Origin: an uncultured bacterium
GTDB lineage: Bacteria; Oederibacteriota; Oederibacteriia; Oederibacteriales; Oederibacteriaceae
Assembly (NCBI GenBank): GCA_965112635.1
Contig: OZ218778.1
Span: 288,001-352,000 of the forward strand
Length of the DNA stretch: 64,000 nucleotides
Reading direction: 5' to 3'
Position numbers and translations under genes: made by a program. Below, piece by piece: positions 8,837-20,196 of the stretch. The notes beneath the pieces are model-generated. The model worked only from the letters and a program-made list of their open reading frames with translations. It was not told the origin of the DNA and searched no databases. Every line of letters begins with the position of its first letter. Position 1 is the stretch's first letter.

Positions 8837-11800
8837 TCAGGAATACAGGGCTTTTTGGACCGCCGCCAGCATGGTTTCGGATTCGTAAGGTTTGGCTAGG
8901 AACTGGAAACCTTGGTTGGTGAGTTCGTTTTGCTCCACGATCTTATCCAGATAACCGCTGGTCACCAGCACCCGGATGTTAGGATTCTCTTTTCGGATTT
9001 CCTTGATAAGTGCATTCCCATCCATGCCGGGCAGAATGATGTCGGTAAAAAGCAATTTAAACCCTTTTTTCTCTTCCTTGAACGCCCTGAGGGCGTCTTC
9101 TGCATTCTCAGCGGGAAAAACAGTATAACCTTGTTCTTCGAGTATCTTGGTGGCCAGGGCCAGATTGTCCGGCTGGTCCTCCACCAAAAGTATTTTTTCA
9201 CCAGCGCCCCGGCCGTGCTCCAGGGCTATTTTCTTTTGTAGCTTGGGCTCCTGGTCTTTGCGTTCATCCCTGGGGAACCATATCCTGAACTCTGTGCCTT
9301 TCCCAGGCTGACTGGACACATTGATCCACCCGTTATGCTGTTTCACGATGCCATAGGTGACGGACAGGCCCAGGCCCGTGCCCTTGCCCCTGCTCTTGGT
9401 GGTAAAAAAGGGGTCAAATATTTTGGTCAGGGTCATGAAATTCATTCCTATACCGTTGTCCTTGACTGTCAGGACTATAAAATCCCCGGGACGGGCTTCA
9501 CGGATAACCTGCGCTTCTAACTGGCCAAGGGACACTGCCTGGGTCTTGATAAGCAGTTGGCCTCCCTGAGGCATGGCGTCGCGGGCGTTGACGCACAGGT
9601 TCATCAGGACCTGCCCTAACTGGTTCTGGTCCGCATATATTCTTTCTTGTCCTTTACTCAAGGCCAGCGTAAGCACGACGTGTTCACCCACCGCCTCTTT
9701 GAGTATTTTTTCCATACCCAGGACCACTTCATTCAGGGATAAGGACTGGAGGGACTGGTTCTGTTTGCGGCTGAAGGCCAGCAATTGTCCGGTCAGGGAG
9801 GCGGCTTTTATGCCCGCGCCTTTTATCTCCTCCAGGTAGTTCCTGGCGGCAGTCCAGTCATTGGCTTTCATCAGGGCCAAGTCAGAATAGCCGATGATGA
9901 CGTTGAGCAGGTTGTTGAAATCATGGGCAATGCCTCCGGCCAATTCCCCGACAGAGGCCATTTTCTGGGTCTGGACCAAATCGCTCTGCAGGCGCCGGAA
10001 TTCGGTGATATCGGTGGCGATGGTGGACCCGCCGACGACCTGGCCGTTCTTGTCGTAGATAGGCGAAAGGGCCAGCATCACCTGGACCCGGGTCCCATTT
10101 TTATGCAGGCGCTCTGTCTCAAAGCGCAGTATGGGTTGGCCAAGGTTAAGTTTTTTGGTGATCTCCAGCATCTCTTCCCTGCGTTCCGGAGGGACCAATT
10201 TTTCCGCGGACATGCCGATAGCCTCCTGGACGGAATACCCATATATCTTTTCCGCGCCCTTGTTCCAGCTCAAAATTATTTGATGATGGTCCCTGCTGAA
10301 TATCGCGTCACCTGAGGATTCCGCGATGGTGGCCAGCAAGCGGTTTTTTTGTTCGGCTTCCCGGCGCTGGGTAATATCTTGGACATAGTTCACAAAATAA
10401 AGGATAACTCCCGTGGAGGGCTTGCGCACTGCAGCCACAGACACATTGGCCCAAATAATCCGGCCGTCCTTGCGTAAATACCGCTTTTCTAGGATGGCAT
10501 TGTCAGCCTCACCCTCCGTCATGCTCCTCATGGCTTTTAACCCTATTTCATAATCTTCCGGATGAGTGATGCTGTTAAAGGTTTTGCCTAAAAGCTCATT
10601 CTCACCAAACCCCAGCATTTCGTTCATGGCCCGGTTGACCCTGAGATACCGGCCTTCAATATCCACTAGGCTGACCCCGACCACGGCGTTTTCAAAAGAG
10701 GTCCTGAAAAGCTCCTCGCTCTCGGCCAAGGCCTTTTCAGCTTGCCGGCGTTCAGTCACATCGCTCATAAAATTGAGCGTAGCCAGCCGGCCCTGCCATT
10801 CGATCCTGACGGCGTTTATCTGCACCCAGCGCAGCTGGCCCGAAGCGGTCAGGATGCGGAACTCATATATTTTTTCCAGGTCCTCCCCAGCCAGCCGTCT
10901 CAGGTGGTTTGCCGCGACCATGGCCCGGTCTTCCGGATAGATGAAATCAGTGAAAGGATGGCGGGATATCTCTTCGGGTGGATATCCCAATTCCCGGACT
11001 GTGGCCTTGTTCACGAAAACCAGTTTGTTGTCCTGGGCCACCATGATCATTTCCTGGGAATTTTCCACGACCTGGCGGTATCTTTTCTCGCTCTCCCGCA
11101 GTGCTTCTGAAGCTTTCCTGAACTCGGTAATATCCCTTGCCGAGCTGAGCGTCCCGGTGATGCGCCCCTCCTCATCATGGACAAGGGAGTTATGAAAAGC
11201 CAATAAACGCCTGTCTCCTTGTTTGGTGACCACAAAATTCTCAAAATATTCAACTGGCTTGATAGCGCCGGAGATGATCTGGTCAAAAACAGAATGGACA
11301 GCCTGATACTCCTCGGGAGTAACGCAGGTCTTGAACCAGTCCTTGCCCAGGAGCTCTCCCTCCTGGTAACCGAGGAGTTCGTGACCCTTACGGTTGAGGA
11401 GCACGACCTGGCCCTGGGTGTCCAGCACCACCATCAATACCTGGGCAACTTCAAGATATTCGGAGGCTTTTCTTCTTTCGGCCCTTAAATACGCCACATC
11501 CTTCTTGCGCAGGGTCACATCGTTGGCCATGGATATATTTAACTTTCGCCCATCCGCGGTCCGGCCCAAGGCAGTAGATTGAAATTCCCAAACCCGGGTC
11601 TTCCCGCTTTTCGTCTTGACTGTGAACTCTCCCTCATTGTACCGGATGCCATCGTCCAGAGAAAAAAACAGATTTCTCCGGGACTGGACTTTGTCCTTTT
11701 TCAGCCCATAGGCAAGCTCAAGCCAAGCATCTAGTGTAGGTATGTCCGCCCGGCTATATCCGGTCAGTTCTTCCCAAACCTGGTTGACCCGGATGACCTC

Positions 11801-12153
11801 GCCATCCTCCGCGTAGATCATGATGGGAAACGGTGACAGCTGTATCACTTTTTCCCGCTGTTCCAGGCTGAGCCTCTCGGCTTTTTCTATGTGCTGGAGC
11901 AAAACGACCACGATAAACATGGAAAGGGATAAGGCAAAACGCCTCCCGGTCTCCAGAGGGTCAATCGTGCTGGGAACATGGTTTACGAGCATCTGATACA
12001 GGGGGGAAAACGCAGGTAAAAGATCAAAACAAGGGCCAAACCCATGAAGGACCAGGAGACTTTCCTTTTGGACTTGGGCAGGCCCAGGAGGACCATCACC
12101 ATGGCTATGAGGGCAATGATGGCCGAGGCCACATTGACCACGGTCAAAAACAT
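8837..12153 (-). CDS. Membrane-bound hybrid histidine kinase: TM-PAS(x5)-HisKA-HATPase-REC, with a probable frameshift near 12010
   Basis: AAGGAGG precedes ATG 12153, giving hydrophobic [24 protein letters not shown] in a different frame from the body. The body has multiple PAS domains, [11 protein letters not shown] and a C-terminal REC. Confidence 0.88.
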
Positions 12154-12188
12154 GGCTGTCCCTCCTTTTCAATGTATGGTGACGATGA

Positions 12189-12884
12189 TTACTGGGCTTC
12201 CTTTTGCAGGAGTTCGGACTGCAGGACTGTGATCCTTTTGCCTACCAGGGAAATGATCTTTTTTTTCTCCAGTACTTTCAGGGCCCGGATGGCGGTCTCC
12301 TGGGCCGTGTCCGCCAGCTCGGCCAGCTCGGTCCGGGAAAGCTGGATGTTGAGCGAACCGTCCTTGGCCGGAGCATAGTCCCGGGCCAGCTTGCACAGCA
12401 CCTCGGCCACCCGGTTCTTGACCGGCTTTTGGACCGCGCTTTCCAGCCGGGACAGGGTGTCGCCCACCTCGGCTCCCATCCGGCTCATGATGTTCTCTCC
12501 CAGCCGGGGATCCAGCCCCAAGGCCGCGAATAAAATGGAGCGTTCAATGAAGCAGACCTGGGTTTCCTCCAGGGTTTCCGCAGAGGTGAAATTGACCTTG
12601 CCCGACATCAGCGCGGACACACCCAGCGCATCACACGGTCCGGCGATCTGGACGATCTGCTCGCGGTCCAGGCGGCCGGTTTTGTAGAGTTTTACTTTTC
12701 CGGAACGGATGTGATAAATGCCGTAGGGTTTATTGCCCTCATAAAAAAGGTTTTGTTTGGGTTTGTAGGTGTTGGTGGTGCGGCCCTTGGCGATATAATC
12801 CAGGCATTCATGGTTAAGCCCCTCGAATATACTTCCCTTGTAGCCGGGACATTTGGCGTCACAGGTCCAGTTTTGATTGACCAT
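12189..12884 (-). CDS. Crp/Fnr-family transcriptional regulator with an N-terminal Cys cluster
   Basis: cNMP-type domain (LFYEGN, GIYHIRSGKVKL), HTH LSRTELAELADTAQETAIRALK, Cys pattern CxxxC..C plus central VCFI. Start set at ATG 12884 after the SD. Confidence 0.92.
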   Translation of the reverse strand: MVNQNWTCDAKCPGYKGSIFEGLNHECLDYIAKGRTTNTYKPKQNLFYEGNKPYGIYHIRSGKVKLYKTGRLDREQIVQIAGPCDALGVSALMSGKVNFTSAETLEETQVCFIERSILFAALGLDPRLGENIMSRMGAEVGDTLSRLESAVQKPVKNRVAEVLCKLARDYAPAKDGSLNIQLSRTELAELADTAQETAIRALKVLEKKKIISLVGKRITVLQSELLQKEAQ

Positions 12885-12967
12885 CCACGCTTCCTTTCTC
12901 CCCTGCCTCAATGTCTACATATAAAGTATAGTCCTTATAACCTGATTTCTGACAATGAAATGGCTGG

Positions 12968-13363
12968 CTAATTCGATCCGGGCAGGAGGTCATTGAGGGT
13001 CTTGAGAAACTGAGTTATATCCATGGGTTTAGAGATATAGCCGTCAAAGGAGTACGATTGGACCTCTTCCCGGTAATGGGGATTGCCCATGCCTGTGAAA
13101 CTGACGACCTTGACGGCTTTGAAAGCCTCATTCTGCCGGATCATTTTGAAAATCTCAAATCCGTCAATGTCAGGAAGCCCGATATCCAGCAGGACAATAT
13201 GTGGAACTATGGTGTCCAGGATTTCTATGGCCTCCTCACCTGTCGCGGCCTGATGGACCTGCCAGCCGTCCATTTTTAGGATCTCCACGGATATCTTCAG
13301 ATTGGTCGGATGGTCCTCTACGACCAAAATGATCTTGGTTTTTACCTTTTCGCCATTAGCCAA
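12968..13363 (-). CDS. Single-domain response regulator (CheY/DivK-like)
   Basis: ILVVEDHPTN, LLDIGLPDIDG, YISKP. Confidence 0.92.
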   Translation of the reverse strand: MANGEKVKTKIILVVEDHPTNLKISVEILKMDGWQVHQAATGEEAIEILDTIVPHIVLLDIGLPDIDGFEIFKMIRQNEAFKAVKVVSFTGMGNPHYREEVQSYSFDGYISKPMDITQFLKTLNDLLPGSN

Positions 13364-13531
13364 TGTTTACTCCCCGTTGCCATGGATTGGTTTCTCGAAT
13401 TTTTGTACCACTAATCTACCTTATAATTGGAAATCCCGTCAAGTTCCAGTTCAGTTGGATTGATGAGATATCGGGCAGGGCAATCCTTTTGATAATGATT
13501 CTTTCCCAACCGCCAGGGCCATCACAAATTT

Positions 13532-14596
13532 TCAGTCAGCACTCTGGTCGCCTATCTTGTGCTTGGCTATCTCGCAAAAACACCGCGTATGATTGGCGCA
13601 CTGCGGGTCATACACCATGGCTTTTTTCAGATTAGAGACGGCGGCCTTGTAAAGCTCCGGGTCGCCGGTGAGGATACCCAAGCTCATCTGGGTGAGGCCG
13701 CAAAGACGATACGCCGCCACGTATTGCGGATCAAGCTCAATGGCTTTGTTAAAACAGGAGACGGCTCCCTTGATGTCATTGATCTGCCATAAATAAAATC
13801 CCCTATTATAATATTTCTCCGCCTCTCCCACGCTGATGCCGTCATTGGGGATCTTATAGCCCATGAGTTCCACATCTTTCTGGAGATGGATCAGGGAAAT
13901 AACGACCACCGGATTGGATGAGTCTATTTTGGCCAGAGCCTCCGAAGCGCAATGCCGGACCTGCTGATCCGGGTCACTGAGCAGCTGGAACAGGGCAGGC
14001 ATGGCGTCTTTATCAGAGGGATCGATGTTTCCCAGGACACCCGCGGCACAGCAGCGGACATTCCCATCCGAGTCCTTGAGAAGATCCAGGAGCGGCGAGA
14101 GGATTTCTTTGGTTAGCGGTTTGATCTGTTGCAGGGCTTCCGCGGCCTTGGAACGGACCTCGGCATCCTGGTCCTTGAGCATTCCCAGAAGAACAGGCAC
14201 GTCTTTTTCACCGACTTTATTCCAATCCAAGTTCCCGGGTTTAGCGCTTGGAGCTACGGATTCCGCGGACTTTAAGGACCGCAGATCATTTTCTAGTTTT
14301 ATTTTATCCGCCCTGACAGCCTCCGCAACCCGTTGTTTAAGTTCTGTATCTATACTTACTTTATCCTGCTCCATGGCCTTCAGATCCGCCTTGAGCGTGG
14401 CCTGGTCCTGCGCGATGGTTAGTTCGAGCTGATCGACCATGGGGTTGGCTGCCACAGGCAGGGTAGCCATTATGGTCATAAGCACGGCGATGCAAAAAAA
14501 TACTATCAGTGCAGGGCATGAGTTTTTTGGGACAGCCAAGTTTTCCAAGGTCGTACACCTCCGCTTTCCTCTAGTGCAAGTGTACCCCTGGACCAA
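13532..14596 (-). CDS. Probably exported protein with coiled coil, HEAT repeats and TPR (start uncertain)
   Basis: Hydrophobic signal-like segment; three LKDxDxxVRxxAAxAL repeats; TPR YYNRG...KAIELDP. Confidence 0.75.
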   Translation of the reverse strand: MVQGYTCTRGKRRCTTLENLAVPKNSCPALIVFFCIAVLMTIMATLPVAANPMVDQLELTIAQDQATLKADLKAMEQDKVSIDTELKQRVAEAVRADKIKLENDLRSLKSAESVAPSAKPGNLDWNKVGEKDVPVLLGMLKDQDAEVRSKAAEALQQIKPLTKEILSPLLDLLKDSDGNVRCCAAGVLGNIDPSDKDAMPALFQLLSDPDQQVRHCASEALAKIDSSNPVVVISLIHLQKDVELMGYKIPNDGISVGEAEKYYNRGFYLWQINDIKGAVSCFNKAIELDPQYVAAYRLCGLTQMSLGILTGDPELYKAAVSNLKKAMVYDPQCANHTRCFCEIAKHKIGDQSAD

Positions 14597-14721
14597 AAAA
14601 TCCCTTATGACGCAGGAAGACTGGCCGATTGATATTTGGATACGGAAAAGCTGACGCAGGTCAATAGATGAAGGGTGTGTTTTTCAGGATTTTAAGCAAT
14701 TTTCCGTAAAAAACTTTGGGG

Positions 14722-15606
14722 TTAGGGCCTTTTGGAGCCCCGGGCTAGCATCAGGGAAGGATTAAAATTCTCGTAAAGAGCAATATTTTTGCCTGATTTT
14801 TTAGCCTGGGCCACCAGTTGGCTGGCCTGCCTGAAGAGGTCCTGGCTTTCCGGAACATCCTCTCCCACGCTGACCAAACCGCAGCTGAAAGTGATCTTCC
14901 AGTTGTTGTATTCCATGGCCTTGTTCAGGTTCTGGTGGACCCTGTTCCAAAATTCTTTGGCGCCGGTTCCATCGATATTCACCAGCAGGACCCCGAACTC
15001 GTCCCCGCCCAGCCGGGCCACCTCGTCGCTTTCCCTGATATGCACTTTCAAAGTTTCAGCGACTTTGGCCAGCACCTCGTCGCCTGCCCTATGGCCCAGT
15101 GTGTGGTTTAAGTCCGCGAAATCATCCAGGTCAATGACCGCCAAGGTGTAGGGCGTATTTTTGTGCTGGCGTCTGTTCTCCTCGCGGTCCATGGCCTCAT
15201 ACAATCCCTGCCGGTTCAGGGTTTGGGTCAGATGGTCGGTCTTGGTAAGGACGATCTCGCGTTCCAGGGTTCCGCGGATGCGGCCGAGAAGGAGTGCGAT
15301 AAGGGTGAAAACGGCGAGGTCCACTCCGCAATTCCAATAAGCAATGGTTTGTTGGGAATAGAGTTGATGGATGAAGTTCGTCCACACCGCAATGACTGCG
15401 CCCAAGGCCGTGCCAGCCCACCATCCCACGGTCCAGGTGGCCAACCCTACTGGAAAAATATAGAAAAGGAACAGGCTCGCTTCTTTGCCGGTAAGGTCAT
15501 CTACATAAGTGATGATCAGGATGAGGAAAAGGCAGATGGCCAGGCGCATGGCATAGGGCAGTCTTTCCATCCAGCCGAACAGATTTTTTGGGTCAAAGTT
15601 TTGCAA
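14722..15606 (-). CDS. Membrane-bound diguanylate cyclase
   Basis: N-terminal TM helices; TDHLT, IDLDDF, GHRAGD, ARLGGDEF. Confidence 0.92.
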   Translation of the reverse strand: MQNFDPKNLFGWMERLPYAMRLAICLFLILIITYVDDLTGKEASLFLFYIFPVGLATWTVGWWAGTALGAVIAVWTNFIHQLYSQQTIAYWNCGVDLAVFTLIALLLGRIRGTLEREIVLTKTDHLTQTLNRQGLYEAMDREENRRQHKNTPYTLAVIDLDDFADLNHTLGHRAGDEVLAKVAETLKVHIRESDEVARLGGDEFGVLLVNIDGTGAKEFWNRVHQNLNKAMEYNNWKITFSCGLVSVGEDVPESQDLFRQASQLVAQAKKSGKNIALYENFNPSLMLARGSKRP

Positions 15607-15755
15607 GGCTCAGCACACCTCAAAAGTTATTACTGCTGGCAAGAAAATCACGGGCGTAAGCCCGAGAATGAATTGCCAGCCCGCAGCGAAGCGGAGGAGT
15701 AACAAACATAATAAACTCTTCCATACAAATACCATGCCTGTGAAGGCGTGGATGT

Positions 15756-17759
15756 TTATTCGTAACGCAGGGCCTCGATGGGTGATAGCTTGGAAGCCTG
15801 CCACGCCGGCCAGATCCCGAATATAATGCCTGTTCCAGCTGAGATAAAGACCGCCAGGAACACCGTGCCCCAGGGAAGCGAAATAGGCCAACCAGCCAGG
15901 ACCGCCGTACTGATAGCGCCGCTGGAGCCGATCAAAATGCCGATGAATCCGCCGATCACTCCGATCAAAATCGACTCGACCAAGAACTGGAACATGACCT
16001 CCATATTGTGCGCGCCGAGCGCTTTGCGCAATCCGATCTCCTTGGTCCTTTCCCTGACCGAAACCAGCATGATGTTCATGATACCGATGCCGCCCACAAA
16101 CAGGGACAATAATGCGATCATGCTGATCATGGTGGTCAGAGTGCCGACCGTGTCCTGCTGGGCCTGCTGGATGTCCGACATATTGCGCACCGTGAAATCA
16201 TCCAGTTTGCCCGGTTGGATATGCCGAGTGTGCCTCAAGATCTGAGAAACCTCCTGGATGCAGCCGTCCACGCCCTCCGGCGTTTTGGCGTCCACATCTA
16301 TATAGTTGATGGTATTGAGACCCAGAAGACGGTACATGGCCGTATGCAAAGGCACGATCACCACATCATCTTCATCCCGGTAGGTGGCTCCTTTGACGGG
16401 CAGGACCCCCAGCACTTGGAAATTGATCTTGTTGATCTTGATCTGGGTGCCGGTAGGATTGAAATCCGGAGGGTAGATGCTCTTGACCACTGTAACTCCC
16501 AAAAGGCAGACTTTGGCCCGCTGTTGGTCTTCCTTTTCCGTGAAAAACCTGCCCGTGACCGGTTTGGAAGCCCTCATATCCTCATAGGTATATTCGCAGC
16601 CCGTGACCCGAGTGCTCCAGTTCTGGTCGCCATAACTGACCAACACACCCCCGCCCACACAACCGTCCACATGCCGGATCATGCTCTCCTGCTGATTGAC
16701 CTGCCTAAGGTACAGGAGATCCATGAGCGTGAACTTCGGAGCACTTCCCGAACCTCTGGCGTCCTGGTTTCCTGGGAAGACCATCAAAAGATTGCTGCCC
16801 AACGAGGCCAGCCTCTGCTTGACCGCCTCTTTGGCCCCGTCACCGATGGCGGTCATGGCAATGACCGCGGCCACGCCGATGATAATACCCAGCATGGTCA
16901 AAAAAGTGCGGAATTTATTCAGCGAAAGGGCAATGAGGGCCATTTTGACGTTCTCCAGGATCTCTGAGAATCCGGGAATGACGGTACTTTTTGGCACCGC
17001 TATCTGCCTGTCTTTTACCATGTTTTTGTGTTCCGGCCTGTTCTGAACATCTGAAATGATCTTCCCGTCTTTCATCGTGATAACGCGGCGCGCATGGGCG
17101 GCGATATCAGTCTCATGGGTGACCACGATAAGCGTCACTCCTTCCTCGCGGTTGAGACGGTCCAATTCTTCCATGACTTCCACGGCCTGCTGGCTGGAAA
17201 TATTCCCGGTCGGTTCGTCGGCAAAAAGAATGGAGGGAGAATTGACCAGGGCCCGGGCAATGGCGACCCTTTGCTGCTGTCCCCCGGATAGCTGGTGCGG
17301 AGCATGGTGGAGCCTGTCGCCCAAACCGACCTTTTCCAAAAGGGTTTTAGCCCTGGCCTGAGGGTTGGGATGCCGGGCATAAATGGCCGGCAGGGCCACA
17401 TTGGCTAGCGCTGTGGTCCTGGCGAGGAGGTTGAAGAATTGGAATATAAACCCTATGGCCCGATTGCGCAGGCTGGCGATCTGATCGTCGTTCAGCTCGG
17501 ACATCTCATATCCGGCCAGAGAGATGCTTCCCGAAGTTGGCCGATCCAAAAGGCCCAGGATCTGCATCAAGGTGGATTTGCCTGACCCAGAAGGCCCGAC
17601 AATAGCGATATACTCCCCGGCCTGGATATCCAGGTCCAGATGGTCCAGGGCACGGACCACCACTCCGGACCCTTTTAGTTTTTTCTCGGCGGTCGCGTAG
17701 ACCTTGCTCAAATCCCTGACTCGGATAAGCGGCCCGTTGCTGCTGGGTGTGGGGCTCAT
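15756..17759 (-). CDS. macB: MacB-type ABC exporter, ATPase-permease fusion
   Basis: Walker A GPSGSGKST, LSGGQQQRVAIARAL, ADEPTGN, permease GGIGIMNIMLVSVRERTKEIGLRKALGA. Start trimmed to ATG 17759. Confidence 0.93.
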   Translation of the reverse strand: MSPTPSSNGPLIRVRDLSKVYATAEKKLKGSGVVVRALDHLDLDIQAGEYIAIVGPSGSGKSTLMQILGLLDRPTSGSISLAGYEMSELNDDQIASLRNRAIGFIFQFFNLLARTTALANVALPAIYARHPNPQARAKTLLEKVGLGDRLHHAPHQLSGGQQQRVAIARALVNSPSILFADEPTGNISSQQAVEVMEELDRLNREEGVTLIVVTHETDIAAHARRVITMKDGKIISDVQNRPEHKNMVKDRQIAVPKSTVIPGFSEILENVKMALIALSLNKFRTFLTMLGIIIGVAAVIAMTAIGDGAKEAVKQRLASLGSNLLMVFPGNQDARGSGSAPKFTLMDLLYLRQVNQQESMIRHVDGCVGGGVLVSYGDQNWSTRVTGCEYTYEDMRASKPVTGRFFTEKEDQQRAKVCLLGVTVVKSIYPPDFNPTGTQIKINKINFQVLGVLPVKGATYRDEDDVVIVPLHTAMYRLLGLNTINYIDVDAKTPEGVDGCIQEVSQILRHTRHIQPGKLDDFTVRNMSDIQQAQQDTVGTLTTMISMIALLSLFVGGIGIMNIMLVSVRERTKEIGLRKALGAHNMEVMFQFLVESILIGVIGGFIGILIGSSGAISTAVLAGWPISLPWGTVFLAVFISAGTGIIFGIWPAWQASKLSPIEALRYE

Positions 17760-17775
17760 AAATTCCTTTCCTGAA

Positions 17776-18753
17776 CTACTGCGGACGCTGGCGGTTGCCG
17801 CTTTGACTGCCGGCGCTGGGAGTGGTCCGGCTTTGCGGACGGCCGAATTGGAACATACCCAGAGAAGCGGCTCCTTTGACTTTGAGGGACTCCACTTGGA
17901 CCGAATCGTTCTCATTTAATCCGGACAACACCACGACCTGGCTGCCATCCGAATCGCCCAGCTTGACCTCCCGTTTTTCCGGTTTTTTGGCCAGGTCATT
18001 CTGCACCCGGAGGAACACCGTGGTATTTTCGCCGCCCTTGACCGCCCAGGAGGGGATCAACAGGCTGTTATCCGCTTCTTTGATGATGAAATTGATGTTC
18101 GCGGTCATCCCGGCCCGGAGCACGCCTGGTTCTTGGCGGGGAATAAGATCAACATAATAACTCACCACATTGTTGACCTTTACGGCCTGATGAGTGATCA
18201 AAGAAACATCCGCTAAAAATAGCTTGTCTGGATAGGAGTCCACCGTAACCTCGGCTTTTTGGTCCATCTTGATATTCGCCAGGTCCGTTTCGTCCACATA
18301 GGCTTCGACGATGAGCTTGTCAGAAAGGTCATACAGGTCCGTATCGCCGGCCACGGTCTGCCCTTCCACCACATTTCGCGCGATGATCAGGCCGTCCGTG
18401 GGCGCCACGATAGGGGTCGGCTGGAAAGCCTTCTCCCAATACGATAGTTCATCCTTGCCCTTGGCCAAGGCCATGTCCAATAGAGCCGCCCTGTCTGACG
18501 AGCTCATCCAGGCGATGATCTGGCCTTTTTTCACATGGGTTCCCTCATCGACGAGGATCTTATCAATACGGCCCGCCACAGGAGGTAAGATAGAGACCTT
18601 ATTTAAAGGCGTAATGATCCCGTTGGCCTGAACGGTCTGCTTGAAATTGCCCCTGCTTACCTTGACTTTCTGGGCATCCTCGCTCGCATGGTTCCCGCAG
18701 CCTATGATGAAAAATACCATGGCCGCAGCCGTTATACAGGTCAAACGTTTCAT
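17776..18753 (-). CDS. macA: MacA-like periplasmic adaptor (lipoprotein)
   Basis: Lipobox FFIIGC, lipoyl-like motif GRIDKILVDEGTHVKKGQ, VDETD; sits between TolC and MacB. Confidence 0.88.
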   Translation of the reverse strand: MKRLTCITAAAMVFFIIGCGNHASEDAQKVKVSRGNFKQTVQANGIITPLNKVSILPPVAGRIDKILVDEGTHVKKGQIIAWMSSSDRAALLDMALAKGKDELSYWEKAFQPTPIVAPTDGLIIARNVVEGQTVAGDTDLYDLSDKLIVEAYVDETDLANIKMDQKAEVTVDSYPDKLFLADVSLITHQAVKVNNVVSYYVDLIPRQEPGVLRAGMTANINFIIKEADNSLLIPSWAVKGGENTTVFLRVQNDLAKKPEKREVKLGDSDGSQVVVLSGLNENDSVQVESLKVKGAASLGMFQFGRPQSRTTPSAGSQSGNRQRPQ

Positions 18754-18789
18754 AGAACCTTCCTTTCTTGGCAAACTTTGTTCCATATT

Positions 18790-20107
18790 TTAAGGTTTAA
18801 GCTCTGACTCTAAAGTCAGACCCAAGGCTTTATCAAAACTTACTTTGGCTTGGGCGATATTGAGTTTATCGGAAAGCTGGCTCTGTTGGGCTGAAGTATA
18901 ACCTGTTTCCGCCTGCTCAAAATCAAGGTACTGGGCCAGGCCTGATTCATACAAGGCCCGGACCGTCTTGAACCGCTCTTCCCCAGATTGGACGAGCAAA
19001 TTGGTGTAAACAGTATGCTGCTGATCGGATACATAGGTGATCCAGGCCTGATAAAGCTGCAATTGCAAAGACCCGACAAGGTCATCCAGGTTATCTTTAC
19101 TGGCCAGCCACTGATGGGTGGCCTGCGTGATGGAAGCCTCCTGGCCAAATCCGGAGAATAGGCTGAAACCTGTGGAAAGACCCACGCTTCCAGGTGGACT
19201 GGGTGGGAGGCCAGGAACTCCCATCAGAATAATTGTAGCCGCTGTTTAAATTAAGGGAAGGATACCGCGTGGACAAACTGCCGTTCATTGCCGCCTCGGC
19301 GGCTTCCACGATAGCCTTTTGCAGCATCAAAGCAGGATTCTCCTCGTACATCCTTTCATACCACGGCTCGATCTCCTCGGGCGGTTCCGGGGTCTCTAGG
19401 TTTCCGGACACCTTGATAGTTTCCTTGATATCTCGCGGTTTACGTCCCAATAAGTAGGCCAAATTTTTTTGCTGTGAATCCAGATCTTCCTGGGACTGCT
19501 TGGTTTGCCATGCTATTTGCGCTTCTTCAGCTTCGGCTTGGAGATAAGCCCAGTGCGCTTCACGGCCGGATTTATACTGCATCTGGATATAACGGGTATC
19601 CTGGTTCAATCTCTCTTTGATGGATTCTAAAAGAACCAGGTTCAACTGGTCATAGATGATCCTGTTAAACGCTTGCATTAGATTGCTCCTCAAGTTCACG
19701 CTGGTCTGCTGGTAATTAGCCTGGCTTTCTACTAGTTGCATCTCGGCCTGATGCCGGCTGTTCCAGGTGTAAAATCCGTCAAAAAGTTTCCAGTTGGCGC
19801 TTGCGCCGGCTGAGTAACTGGTGCTGTCTGTCTCGAGGCCGGTATTGTTTCCATTACTGTCCAGCGGCTGGCTGCCACTGCGGTTAATGTTGCCATTCAA
19901 GCCGAGATTAGGCCAAAGTCCGGAGCTGGCCGAGGTCACGGCCTGTTTGGCCGACTCGATATTATGCCGGCCTGCTTCCAGGGTGGGATTCTTCTCAATC
20001 GCTTCCTTGACCGCCTGCCCCCAGGTTAAGGATTCAGCCATCAGAGAGCAAGCGGGAGCAAGAATAAATAGCATTAGAATTAATATATGAATATTTTTTT
20101 GGCTCAC
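18790..20107 (-). pseudogene. TolC-family outer membrane channel with a +1 frameshift at about 19188
   Basis: Signal peptide, AIEKNPTL, WKLFDG. Deleting one A from TGG-A-AGC-GTG joins ORFs 19097..20107 and 18790..19224. Confidence 0.85.
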
Positions 20108-20196
20108 CTTTTTACTTCCTTAAAATTTATTTTTCCAATTAGTTTAACCTACTGCCCACTAAAATTACAGCCCTTTGAATTTCTTAGGAAGGCCTC

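Noticed and set aside
12154-12172. Track start of the 1111-aa kinase
   Set aside because: The N-terminus is implausible; the SD and TM helices support ATG 12153 with a frameshift.
14651-14664. Fnr/Crp-like palindrome CTGAC-N4-GTCAA, with weaker ones at about 8697 and 12942
   Set aside because: Too degenerate and inconsistent among sites to call.
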